Shown here: in pieces, positions 19,068 to 29,193 of the stretch
Layout: every line of letters begins with the position of its first letter
How positions within the stretch are numbered: the stretch's first letter is position 1
Virus record (IMG/VR): IMGVR_UViG_3300034073_003542
Span: 62,001-126,000 of that record
Strand: one strand, 5' to 3'
DNA length: 64,000 nucleotides
Program-made: the position numbers and the translations under genes
Notes under the pieces: model-generated
Database searches by the model: none
The model's input: the letters and a program-made list of their open reading frames with translations, nothing else
Told to the model about the DNA's origin: nothing

Positions 19068-20417
19068 TTATTGATTAAGCGCTGTCGATAATTGTTGAGC
19101 TACTGAGTCTATGGTAGCACAATTTTTTAGTCTTTCTCCGATACTTCCTGGCGTATTAATTGATGATATTGGAGTGTTCCAAAAACCTCCTAATGGAAGA
19201 TTCCATGTTCCAGTACCGCTATCAACAGGCACTCCTATTAATACAGATTCATATGGTGGCATATATAAAGTACCAGTTGTAGCAGTTAAATTGTATGCTG
19301 TGCCATATCTAACATGTGATGGATCAACAATTGGATAAGAAGCGGGGTCTATTAGTGTTTTTTTTGTGTCTAAGTAGCGATATATTAATGCAACATTACT
19401 TAAATTATCGGTTAATCGTATTGGTCCTATTGTTGGAGAAGCGCCCAAATCACCATATTCAATACCAGTTAAATATATGATCCCGCCCGCACCGGTATTA
19501 GATGCCCCCGCTCCGCCGATTTGTGTTGAGCCTCCTATTGCTATTCCACCTATTGTAGCCTCTACTGTAGCTCCATCTATGTATAATCCATGAGAACCAC
19601 TTTCTGTTCCACCAACAACGTCGCCATCTATATTAACAGGACACGCTCCTGCTGTGGGAGTAAAGTATATTCCTGCTGCGTTTGTATTTGTCCCACCATA
19701 CACACTTCCACCTATGTCTATTGCTGTTGTAGAAGCTGTTGTTATGTTGATACCTCTAGCCGTTGCTCCACTTCCGCCATAAACGCTTCCGTCTATATTT
19801 ATTATATGGTTAGATCCACCTAAGCTAATTCCATAAGAAGTACCACCAGAGCCTGCGCTTACATCTCCACTTATATTAATGGTTAGGCCTGTACTTGATG
19901 AAGATATTCCAACCATTCCACCAACCGATCCACCAGTGACATTACCGTTTATTGTTATATTTTGTGTGTTTGCCCCAACAGTTAAAACTTGTGAATTAGT
20001 TCCGTCGTCTCCTATAAGATTTCCATTAATAGTTACTACACAATTTGTTCCTGTAATTCTAAAACCGTTTGGTGCGGCGGCACCTACAATGTTTCCGTTT
20101 ATTACTATAGAACTATTTGCTGTAGTTAGAGACAATAAAGCAACTGCTCCAGATCCGGTAGCATAAACTTCTGCTGTTAGCGTAATGCCATTATTTATAT
20201 TGAATCCGCCAGTAGCAGTAGCGCCACCGGTGTTGTCTCCCCTAATTTGAGCAACAGTAGTATTAACATTTATTGTAATAGTAAAAGAATTACAAACTAA
20301 TATGTCACTACTAGTAAAACTACCAAAATAATCACCAGCAGTTCCAGTTGGAGTGGTCGCCCAAACATCAACATCGTTTATATTTCCAGTTTTTCTTGCA
20401 AAATATGTTGCCATCAT
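19068..20417 (-). CDS. Gly-rich beta-helix adhesin-like protein, paralogue of the first 480 aa of 16537-19065
   Basis: Shared MATYFARKxGNxNDVDVWATTPxGTAGDYFGSFT start and YGDLGASPT...SIGxRLKNCAT end. Confidence 0.72.
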   Translation of the reverse strand: MMATYFARKTGNINDVDVWATTPTGTAGDYFGSFTSSDILVCNSFTITINVNTTVAQIRGDNTGGATATGGFNINNGITLTAEVYATGSGAVALLSLTTANSSIVINGNIVGAAAPNGFRITGTNCVVTINGNLIGDDGTNSQVLTVGANTQNITINGNVTGGSVGGMVGISSSSTGLTINISGDVSAGSGGTSYGISLGGSNHIINIDGSVYGGSGATARGINITTASTTAIDIGGSVYGGTNTNAAGIYFTPTAGACPVNIDGDVVGGTESGSHGLYIDGATVEATIGGIAIGGSTQIGGAGASNTGAGGIIYLTGIEYGDLGASPTIGPIRLTDNLSNVALIYRYLDTKKTLIDPASYPIVDPSHVRYGTAYNLTATTGTLYMPPYESVLIGVPVDSGTGTWNLPLGGFWNTPISSINTPGSIGERLKNCATIDSVAQQLSTALNQ

Positions 20418-20442
20418 ACACCCCGTATTTTTTATTATATTG

Positions 20443-21423
20443 TTATGTATATGTTACAGTTTCTCTATCATCCCACTTAACATTTGTAGCAACAGTAAAG
20501 CTGAATACGCTTCCATCAGAATTATAAACAGTTTTTTTGATTGTCCAAACAGAATCTGATGTTAATGAATTTGTTGGTGCTGTTCCTATATAATTTGTAG
20601 AATCAACCGTATCTGAAAGAACATATCCAAAAGTAAATATTGATGTTATTGTTAAGCTATTTGCTTCATCAACATAGTCTAAAATTATTCCAGTTCCAGC
20701 AACCAATAAATTAGATACTTCATCATCTATATATTCGTTTAAAGCTACTCCACTCACATTAATAGTATGGGCATTAAAGTTTCCATTAATATCTAAGGTA
20801 GTTGTGGGAGACGTAGTTCCAATACCAATACTTGTTCCGCTTTGATAAATAACGCTTTGATTTATGTCGTTTGATCCGTCAAACTTACTTAAATATCCGT
20901 CTATGCCACTAATGCTCGGCAATAATCCGCTAACCGACGCATTAAAGTCTGTTATGTCGGAGCTTACATGGATGTGTCCTTCTAAGCTATAATCTCCAGA
21001 CGGCTGAACTCCTGTTACTGTTATTGTTAGAGTATCGATACCATCATCGTATGCTAATCCAATATAATCTCCTTCTACAAGCAAAGCTGCTACTCTATCA
21101 TCAACTTCTTCTTGGGTTAATCCTCCGCCAACACCAGTATAAGCTATTGTGTATAGATTATCTACAAAAGATATTGATATATCTCCACTACCAGATATAG
21201 CTGGGATTAAACCACTAACAGCTGTGTTAAAATCAGTAATGTTTGTTGTTGTGTGTGTGTGGTTTGTACCAGCATATGTTAATGTATTCCAATCATTAAC
21301 TCCATCCCCAATCTTATATTTTAGTGTATCTGTTTCGTAGCACCACTCGCCTGCCGCAAGGGTTGGATTAATTAAAGATAATGCTGCTGCTGTACCACGT
21401 TTTATTTGAATTTGTGTAGACAT
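20443..21423 (-). CDS. Tail-fibre-related protein with Mtd-N/hyaluronidase-like N-terminal module
   Basis: IQIKRGTAAA...AAGEWCYETDTLKYKIGDG..WNTL; HTH...ITDFN..VSGL and QPSGDYS repeats shared with 25085-28528. Confidence 0.7.
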   Translation of the reverse strand: MSTQIQIKRGTAAALSLINPTLAAGEWCYETDTLKYKIGDGVNDWNTLTYAGTNHTHTTTNITDFNTAVSGLIPAISGSGDISISFVDNLYTIAYTGVGGGLTQEEVDDRVAALLVEGDYIGLAYDDGIDTLTITVTGVQPSGDYSLEGHIHVSSDITDFNASVSGLLPSISGIDGYLSKFDGSNDINQSVIYQSGTSIGIGTTSPTTTLDINGNFNAHTINVSGVALNEYIDDEVSNLLVAGTGIILDYVDEANSLTITSIFTFGYVLSDTVDSTNYIGTAPTNSLTSDSVWTIKKTVYNSDGSVFSFTVATNVKWDDRETVTYT

Positions 21424-21431
21424 GATTTCTC

Positions 21432-21608
21432 CTAAGCTACTTCTCCAGCGTCTGCGATAGATACAGTAGACAAATCAACAATTTCATTGTTATCTTTTTT
21501 TGTATAAGCTTTTCCATCTGTTGTATTGACAACAATTTCTCCAACCGATATTTCGTCGGCCGTTGGAATTGCTCCTGGTGTATTGTTTCGTTTTTGCAGT
21601 ATTACCAT
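21432..21608 (-). CDS. 58-aa stand-alone copy of the fibre N-terminal module (not in ORF track)
   Basis: MVILQKRNNTPGAIPTADEISVGEIVVNTTDGKAYTKKDNNEIVDLSTVSIADAGEVA; aligns with the N-termini of 21913-24195 and 24192-25085. Confidence 0.75.
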   Translation of the reverse strand: MVILQKRNNTPGAIPTADEISVGEIVVNTTDGKAYTKKDNNEIVDLSTVSIADAGEVA

Positions 21609-21913
21609 ATATCAGATGTTGGAATTAGGGGAATAATATCTCTTAATAAAACAATTTCGGTTCCAGCTACTATTGTAGCTACATTACTATTAATCCACAT
21701 ATTATGTAATAATCCTCCGGGTTGAATTTCAGTTAATATATCTGCACATAACATATATTTACCGTTAGTTAATAAAACTGGACTAGGCACACAATTGGTA
21801 TCTCCAAATTGTGTCCATTTATTTTCAACCTCTGCTGCTAGTTCTGAAGAAAATATTAGTGCGTATTCGCGCAATACTTCAATGTTTGAGTTTAGTAGCG
21901 ATTCAAACGTCAT
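21602..21913 (-). CDS. Hypothetical protein, possible fibre chaperone
   Basis: Start set at MTFES (TAATG overlap with the upstream stop); lies among fibre genes. Confidence 0.55.
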   Translation of the reverse strand: MTFESLLNSNIEVLREYALIFSSELAAEVENKWTQFGDTNCVPSPVLLTNGKYMLCADILTEIQPGGLLHNMWINSNVATIVAGTEIVLLRDIIPLIPTSDIW

Positions 21914-24195
21914 TATGGCCTCCCCATAGAATTTCGTGCATTTCGCCATATTAATGCGAATATGGCGTGTTGTTCTGGTGTCATGGTTTCTCCAATAAAA
22001 TATCCACGAGCAGTAGCATTAGATTTTGCGTCTCCATAAACAATAGTTGTTGGAACCCCGCCAGAAACATTTTGATACGACCTAGCAAGAACGCAAAAAT
22101 CTCCTTCAGGCATTTGGTTGTATGCGGCTGCTGATGTTATTTGTGTACTACCCTTTTGTACACCATCCTCAAATAATCGCATATCCGTTGCTGATGCCCT
22201 ATTAACCACTTTTAAATTTGGTGATGATGTATAAGTATTTATTCCAACGTGTAACGACTGACCTCCTGGAAATGTGTTATTTCCAGAAATCCATAGTCTT
22301 CCTCTTGGTGGAGTCGGACTACCTTCATTAAAAAATACACCACAATGACCATATTGCGTACTTGATGTAAAAGCATTAGCTAAATCTAATCCTATGCTAT
22401 GGGTGGACCAATCTAATTTAATAGTTGGTAAAGGTACTGTGCGTATATATTTAGTAGAAGCATTTCCAGGCAAGCCTCTATTTAAAGAATAATCTGAAGA
22501 TATAAATGCTACGTTAGTATCAGTACTATTACCATAAGTAGTCCCAAAAGGAATATCTCCTAAATAAAGAGGCACAAGAGCAGCATTAAGGTTAGAACCT
22601 GTAAATAAGTTTAATCTATAAAATTTGTTTCTTAGACCAGCCGCATCAACATCTTGACAAAATTTATTTACAATACTAGCTACTAAAAATGAAACTGTGC
22701 CATTGTTCGTATAAACCCTATTAATCCAATCTTGTGCTTCGGGATGCGAAACCGTTGGTTTAACATCAATATTATAATATTGACCTACTAACGATTCTAA
22801 TCCTAACCTATTAGAATATTGGTTTGTAGCATAATAAATTAATTCATGAATGTTAGCGTCTATAGGACGACCAGCCACTCTTCCATTACTCACCCAAAAT
22901 CTTGATACACTACTTGTTAATGGAGTATTTGTTGTATACTTTAAGTCTCCATCACGATATGTATAAGAGTTTGTGCCATCCCAACTACCTGAATGTAAAT
23001 GGGTTGTGTTAAGCACAGGCGGATTATTACCAGCGGCAGTATCATTTCTACGCCAGTTCATATATGAGTTTACAGCATTTTCAAGTCCACCCCCATCAGT
23101 ATTGAATATATTAAAATAACCGCGACCAGAACCCGTAGTGCCACGAGAACCCACAGTAATTAAATAATCAGCAGTTGGAGATAAACTTACATCTCTATAT
23201 AAAGTACGACTAGGAGCAAATGCTATATATGGTCTGTTGTTATGTATTAATTGATAGCCAGTAACTGAACAAAAGGGACGTTGACCTACCGATGGTGGTG
23301 TTAAATGTCGATTATTGCCGCTTTGATCATACCAAGTATGAACTAATGAGCATCCGTAAGGTAAGGTTGTTGTTGTTTTAAGCTCTGTTGGTGAGTCAGC
23401 TATTTCTAATTGGAAGCCATAAAATTCTACAACACGAGCCGCAAAACTATCAAAATAAAATCCTATTGCTCCATCAGCTAGTGTATAAGTAAAACTTATT
23501 GAGTGTCTAGTCCAATCTGAAGTAAAAACTTTAGCGACTGTAACGCCTCGATTTGTAAGGTTTGAGCGTAGAACTGTGTTTAATGTATTGCTGCCAGAGA
23601 CTAATCGCGCCCAAAAAGAAAAGGTTACTCTTCCGTTTAAAGATGGTAAAAATCCTCTAGCGTACGAATCGGTTGGTGTACCAAACCTCCTATTTACGGT
23701 ATCTGGAAAAGTTACTTGTGCAGCGTTGGTTCCGCCAAAAGGATCGGTTGCTCCAACGGTTTGTGTTGGATAATTTACAACGCCAAATATAACATTGGTT
23801 CTATAGTCATTAATGCCCCAATTTACAGAAGGATAAACAGCATTTCCTCCAGAACTAGACGCCCATCTACCAGCATAACCACTACTAATCTCATCCGCCG
23901 TAAAATCGCGCTCTATTGAGTCATGACTACGAACTAGTCGCACAACCGGACCAGTATATATTGAAGATAGTTGACGTAAAGAATAAGCACCAGCCGCTCC
24001 AGGATACGCATCAAGTACTGGGGCTAATATTTCCCCGCCATCTGCTGTTGCGCTAGTTAATTTTACAATATTGTTAGTTGTTATTTTTGTGTATACCACA
24101 CCATCAGCAGAATTAATCGCAAGCTCTCCTGTTGTAAGCTGATTAGAATCAGGTATACTATTAGACACTGCCGAATGTTTGTGTTTGATTATCAT
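21913..24195 (-). CDS. Multi-domain tail/adhesin protein with lectin (ConA-like) and CBM-like domains
   Basis: AYSLRQLSSIYTGPVVRLVR, VTFSFWAR...TSDWTR, WYDQSGNNRHL, FQLE motifs; C-terminal domain EAQDWINRV...KFYRLNLF related to 24192-25085. Confidence 0.65.
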   Translation of the reverse strand: MIIKHKHSAVSNSIPDSNQLTTGELAINSADGVVYTKITTNNIVKLTSATADGGEILAPVLDAYPGAAGAYSLRQLSSIYTGPVVRLVRSHDSIERDFTADEISSGYAGRWASSSGGNAVYPSVNWGINDYRTNVIFGVVNYPTQTVGATDPFGGTNAAQVTFPDTVNRRFGTPTDSYARGFLPSLNGRVTFSFWARLVSGSNTLNTVLRSNLTNRGVTVAKVFTSDWTRHSISFTYTLADGAIGFYFDSFAARVVEFYGFQLEIADSPTELKTTTTLPYGCSLVHTWYDQSGNNRHLTPPSVGQRPFCSVTGYQLIHNNRPYIAFAPSRTLYRDVSLSPTADYLITVGSRGTTGSGRGYFNIFNTDGGGLENAVNSYMNWRRNDTAAGNNPPVLNTTHLHSGSWDGTNSYTYRDGDLKYTTNTPLTSSVSRFWVSNGRVAGRPIDANIHELIYYATNQYSNRLGLESLVGQYYNIDVKPTVSHPEAQDWINRVYTNNGTVSFLVASIVNKFCQDVDAAGLRNKFYRLNLFTGSNLNAALVPLYLGDIPFGTTYGNSTDTNVAFISSDYSLNRGLPGNASTKYIRTVPLPTIKLDWSTHSIGLDLANAFTSSTQYGHCGVFFNEGSPTPPRGRLWISGNNTFPGGQSLHVGINTYTSSPNLKVVNRASATDMRLFEDGVQKGSTQITSAAAYNQMPEGDFCVLARSYQNVSGGVPTTIVYGDAKSNATARGYFIGETMTPEQHAIFALIWRNARNSMGRP

Positions 24196-25085
24196 AGAAC
24201 TGCTGCGATTGTTGTTAGATATGTACTAATTCTGGCCTCTAGTTTAGCAAGATCAAGTCCTGCGCCTATAGAATAGAAAGCTAAACGACTACTAGCAAAA
24301 TATGCTCCATCACTAAAGACCAAAAAATTTGCAGAGCCTGGAGTGCTACTATTTTGTTGTATTTCGACATTAGTACTAGCATTACGTGCAATATACCCCG
24401 ATGAATCTGTTCGACTAACGCCCTCAAAACCCAAAGTTACTGCTGGAAATGACGCTATGGTTACTCCACGAGATTGAGTTAAAAGGGCGACTGATCGATA
24501 TATAGCAGATCCTGCGGAACTAAAACTACCAGGATTAGCTCCTATGTGTAACCGTGTTGCAATACCTAGTGCGGTTGCCCATGTGGCTACGTGTTGATCA
24601 TTCTGTGGATTTGCGTTATTAGCATAGTTTGTATTTATATATGTACTGACAGAATTGCCCTGTATACCTGTTTCACGGTTATAATTAGCTGCTGCGAAAC
24701 CAAAGTTGGTTGGCGCTGGCCCCCGTAACGGTATCATACATCCATCAACTGTTCTAGGACCGGCCAACAAACACATTGCTCCAATACTATCCCACAATTG
24801 ATCATATTTTAGTCCAACAATTAAATTATAAATAGCCGCCCTAACACCTTGCTCTAGTATTGTTGTGTCAGCGACTTCGACTGCGTTTATATATGCCACG
24901 GCATCCATATCGATTTCCCCACCATCTAATATATCTGGTTTACGCAAATCAATAACTGAATCATCTGTTTTTTTTATGAACCATGTGCCGTCTGCTGTAT
25001 TTAGTGCTATTTCGCCAGTTGTTAGGTCGCCAGAACCAGGAATTGAGCCTGGAGTGCTACTACGCTTATGTAGAATGTTGGTCAT
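24192..25085 (-). CDS. Tail/adhesin-associated protein with shared N-terminal module
   Basis: ILHKRSSTPGSIP...GEIALNTADG...LDGGEI, then DAVAYINAVE...GLKYDQLWD domain. Confidence 0.62.
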   Translation of the reverse strand: MTNILHKRSSTPGSIPGSGDLTTGEIALNTADGTWFIKKTDDSVIDLRKPDILDGGEIDMDAVAYINAVEVADTTILEQGVRAAIYNLIVGLKYDQLWDSIGAMCLLAGPRTVDGCMIPLRGPAPTNFGFAAANYNRETGIQGNSVSTYINTNYANNANPQNDQHVATWATALGIATRLHIGANPGSFSSAGSAIYRSVALLTQSRGVTIASFPAVTLGFEGVSRTDSSGYIARNASTNVEIQQNSSTPGSANFLVFSDGAYFASSRLAFYSIGAGLDLAKLEARISTYLTTIAAVL

Positions 25086-28000
25086 TAGTAGTTTCCTCCA
25101 TCAATTGTGTCCGTAGTTGTTAAAAGCCCATCTGTGGTTGTAACAACGATTTGATTAGCTATAGAACCAATTTTACCATCATTAGTAATGTTGCCATGGG
25201 TATGATTATCTAGTGCTACGCCAGTTCCATTAACTAATAATGTAGTAAAATCTCCGCTACTACTTGGAATCCAGTAGTCAGTAGAGCTATCGTATTGTAA
25301 AAATTGACCATGGGTTACGCCACTAATGTTTACATCATGATTATCATCAAGATGACCATAACTAGTTGGTCTTACAAAAATTTTACCATTACTAGCTGCG
25401 TCTAAAATAATAGCTGCTGATATGCTATGCTTAGGCTCAATATTGGTTAATTTACCAGGAATTGTTGGATGGACATAAAGAATATCTCCAGCAACCCAAG
25501 TTTCATCTCCAACAGCAAATGGTGATGCTACATTACCTCTAGTATCAATATTATTGATATGCCCAAAATTCATAGCATATCCATTATTATTATCGTTTAT
25601 ATCTTCTAGTACTAATCCAATAAATCTTATTTCTCTAATAGTTCCATCAGAAACATATAAGTCTGGTGTTATAATACCGTTAGAATGAACTCCACTAGCA
25701 TAAACGACTTGGCCTTTATATAATACAGATCCTGTTGTGTTTCGTATTCTATAAACATTATGTTCGCCAACATTAATAGTAGCATCATCTGTTAATGCAA
25801 TATCCATTGTCCCTTCGGTATCATTCCATCCTATCTGACCTTGGGTAAGAATAGGAGCGGCATCTAGATCTAGTTGAATTTTATCAAAAGCTGGCGCTGT
25901 TACTGTATTAATCGTAAGAATTCCACTCGCATCAACATAATCAAGATTAATATTATTTCCTGCTACTAAAAAACTATTACCTAAATTGTCTTGAATATCT
26001 TCTAAAATAATATCGACTGTATAAATTCCGCTATTTGAGACGACTGAAATACCACTACCACCAACAATATCTTTAACTGGCAATAGACCACTCACAGACG
26101 CAGCAAAGTCAGTAATATCTGTTGCTGTGTGAGTATGACCGCTTATACTTACAGGAATATTATTAACAAACAAATTTTCACTAAAATTACCGGAACCAGT
26201 AATGTCTAATGTATATAAAGGAGTGTCTGTGCCTATGCCAAATTTACCGTCATGTGTTAATCTTGCTCTTTCTATACTTCTAGGCTTAAAAATAATATTT
26301 TGATTAATACTACTGTTAGAGATGTGTCCAATGGTAACAGGGCCAGTATATCCCATAACCATTGCTGTGCCGTCTTGATTTCCAACTTTTACATATGCTC
26401 CTGCATCTAAATATAGATTACCAGAATTATCTCCCCTTACTTTGCAGCTTGTATCGGCTATTCCTGTTCCTGTTTTTATGTAAATTGTTCCTAAACTATT
26501 ACTAGGACCCCTAACATACACACTTCCGGCAATATCTAATAGCCCACTAGGGCTTGTTGTTCCAATTCCAATATTTGTTCCGCTTTGGTAAATTACGCTG
26601 TTTCCTAATTCATCTATATCATTAAACTTTGGTAAATATCCAAGAGTACCACTTATAGTTGGAAGCAAGGCTATTACTGATGTATCAAAATCTGTAATAT
26701 CGTTACTATTATGAGTATGTCCGTTTATAGAATAGTCGCCACTAGGCTGTAGTCCTGTTACTTCAATGGTATAAACGTTGTTATCCTCGGTAACCGCCAC
26801 ATAGCCACTTCCTGCTACAGAAATAGTTGCTGGAATAGTCGGAAGTAAACCGCTAACTGCGGAATTAAAGTCTGTGATTTCGTTTGCGGTATGGGTATGG
26901 CCCACCAAAGAGTAATCACCGCTAGGCTGGAGGCCACTGGTAGAAATTGTTAAACTATCACCTAAATCATCATAATTCAATATAATATAAGAACCAGCAA
27001 CAAGTAAACTGTTTATTCTATCATCTACTTGTTCACTTGTTAGCCCAAAATCTCCAGTAACACTTACAGTATAATCAGTTCCACTATTAGATATATCAAT
27101 ACCGCTTCCTGCTGTCAGGGATGTTATAGGCAATAAACCACTAACGCTACTATTAAAGTCTGTAATTTCGCTTGCAGTATGAGTATGTCCTGCCAGGGAG
27201 TAGTTGCCGCTTGGCTGCACACCAGTTATCGCAATAGTGTAAACGTTGTTGGCAAAGGTAGATGTGGCGTACCCCGTACCAGTAACGCTCGGAAGTAAAC
27301 CGCTCGTGGCCGAGTTGAAGTCAGTAATGCTGCTGGCGATGTGAGTGTGTCCAATATCAGATTTTTGAGCTAATCCACTAGCTACAGTTGTAGCAAAATT
27401 TGGATCATCACCTAAAGCAGCGGCTAATTCGTTTAAAGTGTCTAAAACTGCTGGAGCAGATTCTACCAGATTACTGATTTCTGCTCTAACAAATGCTGTA
27501 CTAGCTATTTGATTTGTATTTGTTCCACTAGGTGCTGTTGGTGATGTTGGTATTCCAGAAAAATTAGGACTGATTAGCGGAGCATAGTTGATTAATAATC
27601 CACTAACAGAAGCGTTAAAATCAGTGATGTCGTTACTAATATGAGTATGATTATCAAGAGAATAGTTGCCACTTGGCTGTAAACCAGTTACAAAAATAGT
27701 ATAAGTATCATTATTAAGTTCTGCTACGGCATAACCACTACCCTCCACGTTAATCTCTGTAGGAAGCAATCCACTTACCGCTGTACCAAAATCAGTAATG
27801 TCACTTGAAAGATGGGTGTGTCCGTCAAGAGAGTAGTTGCCGCTTGGCTGTAGCCCCGTTACTTCAACAGTATAAATGTTCGCATCTTCTGTGACTACTA
27901 TATAACCACTTCCCGCTACTGTAATAGTAGCTGGAATGCTCGGCAACAAACCACTAACTGCGGAATTAAAATCGGTGATTTCGTTTGCTGTGTGGGTATG

Positions 28001-28528
28001 TCCTTCGATAGAGTAGTCACCACTTGGTTGTAATCCTGTTACTATAACTGTGTAAGTACTGTTGTTCTCGTTGACTATTACATAGCCGCTACCTTCTACT
28101 ATAATTTCCGCTGGTAGCAAACCACTTACCGTTATGTCGAAATCAGTAATGTTGCTCGCAGTATGAGTGTGTCCTACTGTTGAGTAGTTACCACTTGGTT
28201 GTACCCCTGTTATCTCAATAGTATAGACATTGTTAGCGAAAGTGGACGTGGCGTATCCCGTACCAGTAACACTTGGAAGTAAACCGCTTGTTGCTGAGTT
28301 AAAATCTGTGATTTCACTACTGGTATGGGTATGTCCTACTAAACTTATATTGTCTGGAATAAGTAGAGAACCTATTACAGCTTCAACTGATTCAGTAGCG
28401 GCTTCGATATTAATGGATTCAATTGGAGTAGTTACGGCTACATCTATACTGTTTTGCTCAAAAGAGCTTGGTGTAACTGTTATAGTATAGGTCTGTTCCG
28501 TAACCTGAACCGTACTCATTATAAACAC
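25085..28528 (-). CDS. Long tail fibre protein (1147 aa)
   Basis: Classic fibre motifs APLISPNFSGIPTSPTAP..TNTNQIASTAFV and LDTLNELAAALGDDPNFATT; seven GxQPSGxYSxxxHTH..ITDF..SGLLP repeats; IGIGT repeats. Confidence 0.85.
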   Translation of the reverse strand: MFIMSTVQVTEQTYTITVTPSSFEQNSIDVAVTTPIESINIEAATESVEAVIGSLLIPDNISLVGHTHTSSEITDFNSATSGLLPSVTGTGYATSTFANNVYTIEITGVQPSGNYSTVGHTHTASNITDFDITVSGLLPAEIIVEGSGYVIVNENNSTYTVIVTGLQPSGDYSIEGHTHTANEITDFNSAVSGLLPSIPATITVAGSGYIVVTEDANIYTVEVTGLQPSGNYSLDGHTHLSSDITDFGTAVSGLLPTEINVEGSGYAVAELNNDTYTIFVTGLQPSGNYSLDNHTHISNDITDFNASVSGLLINYAPLISPNFSGIPTSPTAPSGTNTNQIASTAFVRAEISNLVESAPAVLDTLNELAAALGDDPNFATTVASGLAQKSDIGHTHIASSITDFNSATSGLLPSVTGTGYATSTFANNVYTIAITGVQPSGNYSLAGHTHTASEITDFNSSVSGLLPITSLTAGSGIDISNSGTDYTVSVTGDFGLTSEQVDDRINSLLVAGSYIILNYDDLGDSLTISTSGLQPSGDYSLVGHTHTANEITDFNSAVSGLLPTIPATISVAGSGYVAVTEDNNVYTIEVTGLQPSGDYSINGHTHNSNDITDFDTSVIALLPTISGTLGYLPKFNDIDELGNSVIYQSGTNIGIGTTSPSGLLDIAGSVYVRGPSNSLGTIYIKTGTGIADTSCKVRGDNSGNLYLDAGAYVKVGNQDGTAMVMGYTGPVTIGHISNSSINQNIIFKPRSIERARLTHDGKFGIGTDTPLYTLDITGSGNFSENLFVNNIPVSISGHTHTATDITDFAASVSGLLPVKDIVGGSGISVVSNSGIYTVDIILEDIQDNLGNSFLVAGNNINLDYVDASGILTINTVTAPAFDKIQLDLDAAPILTQGQIGWNDTEGTMDIALTDDATINVGEHNVYRIRNTTGSVLYKGQVVYASGVHSNGIITPDLYVSDGTIREIRFIGLVLEDINDNNNGYAMNFGHINNIDTRGNVASPFAVGDETWVAGDILYVHPTIPGKLTNIEPKHSISAAIILDAASNGKIFVRPTSYGHLDDNHDVNISGVTHGQFLQYDSSTDYWIPSSSGDFTTLLVNGTGVALDNHTHGNITNDGKIGSIANQIVVTTTDGLLTTTDTIDGGNY
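26690..28340 (-). repeat. About 60-aa coding repeats in tail fibre, partly near-identical in DNA
   Basis: 27241-27330 and about 28225-28315 encode near-identical ITDFNSATSGLLPSVTGTGYATSTFANNVYT. Confidence 0.8.
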
Positions 28529-28917
28529 TCAAGGTTACTAGTATATAAACTATATCTTTTGACGAGAGTAATTTTTCCGTACAAAACTCTAACAACTATA
28601 TTGCCTCCGCCCGTATAAAGATCTGTTGGACTTTCCAATTCTAAGTCATATTTGGCAGAATTAAATGTGTAGCCGTTTGTTACAGTGGCAGGGATTTGAA
28701 ATACTACTTCTCCACTTGGTCCACAGGTTAAATTATACAGGGAGGGATCTGTATTTTCTGATGTAAAAACTTGGGTATTTCCGTCATTTGTTAACCAGCT
28801 TATTCGGGCGCACCAATTAGTTAAATCTACCGGATTATTATCTGCGTCATTATAAGTAAAAGTTACGCTATAAGACGAACCCTGTTCAATTGAAAAATCA
28901 TATTTACCGGCAGCCAT
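28519..28917 (-). CDS. Tail/baseplate-associated Ig-like adaptor (BppU-N-like)
   Basis: YDFSIEQGSSYSVTFTY..PVDLT...AKYDLEL...VLYGKITL pattern; directly upstream of the long fibre gene. Confidence 0.6.
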   Translation of the reverse strand: MAAGKYDFSIEQGSSYSVTFTYNDADNNPVDLTNWCARISWLTNDGNTQVFTSENTDPSLYNLTCGPSGEVVFQIPATVTNGYTFNSAKYDLELESPTDLYTGGGNIVVRVLYGKITLVKRYSLYTSNLECL

Positions 28918-28941
28918 ATATATCTCCTAATTAAGTTAATG

Positions 28942-29193
28942 TTATTTTGTAGCATTTAACTTATTATACACTATAAGACTGATAGCTGCCCCTCCAATAC
29001 CATAAACAATTCCCGTAGGTTGTATTCTATCATATGAACCTATGGCATATAAAATTGCTCCCCCAACATATGAACCAACAACACCAAGAGCTACGGTTTG
29101 AAAAAAGCCCATCTTTTCTTCGCCAGGAACTACAGCTTTAGCAATACTCCCAACAAAAATGCCGTATACGCACCATATTAATAAACTAAACAT
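28942..29193 (-). CDS. GlsB/YeaQ/YmgE (transglycosylase-associated) membrane protein
   Basis: GIFVGSIAKAVVPG...ALGVVGSYVGG...GIGGA; three hydrophobic segments. Confidence 0.82.
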   Translation of the reverse strand: MFSLLIWCVYGIFVGSIAKAVVPGEEKMGFFQTVALGVVGSYVGGAILYAIGSYDRIQPTGIVYGIGGAAISLIVYNKLNATK

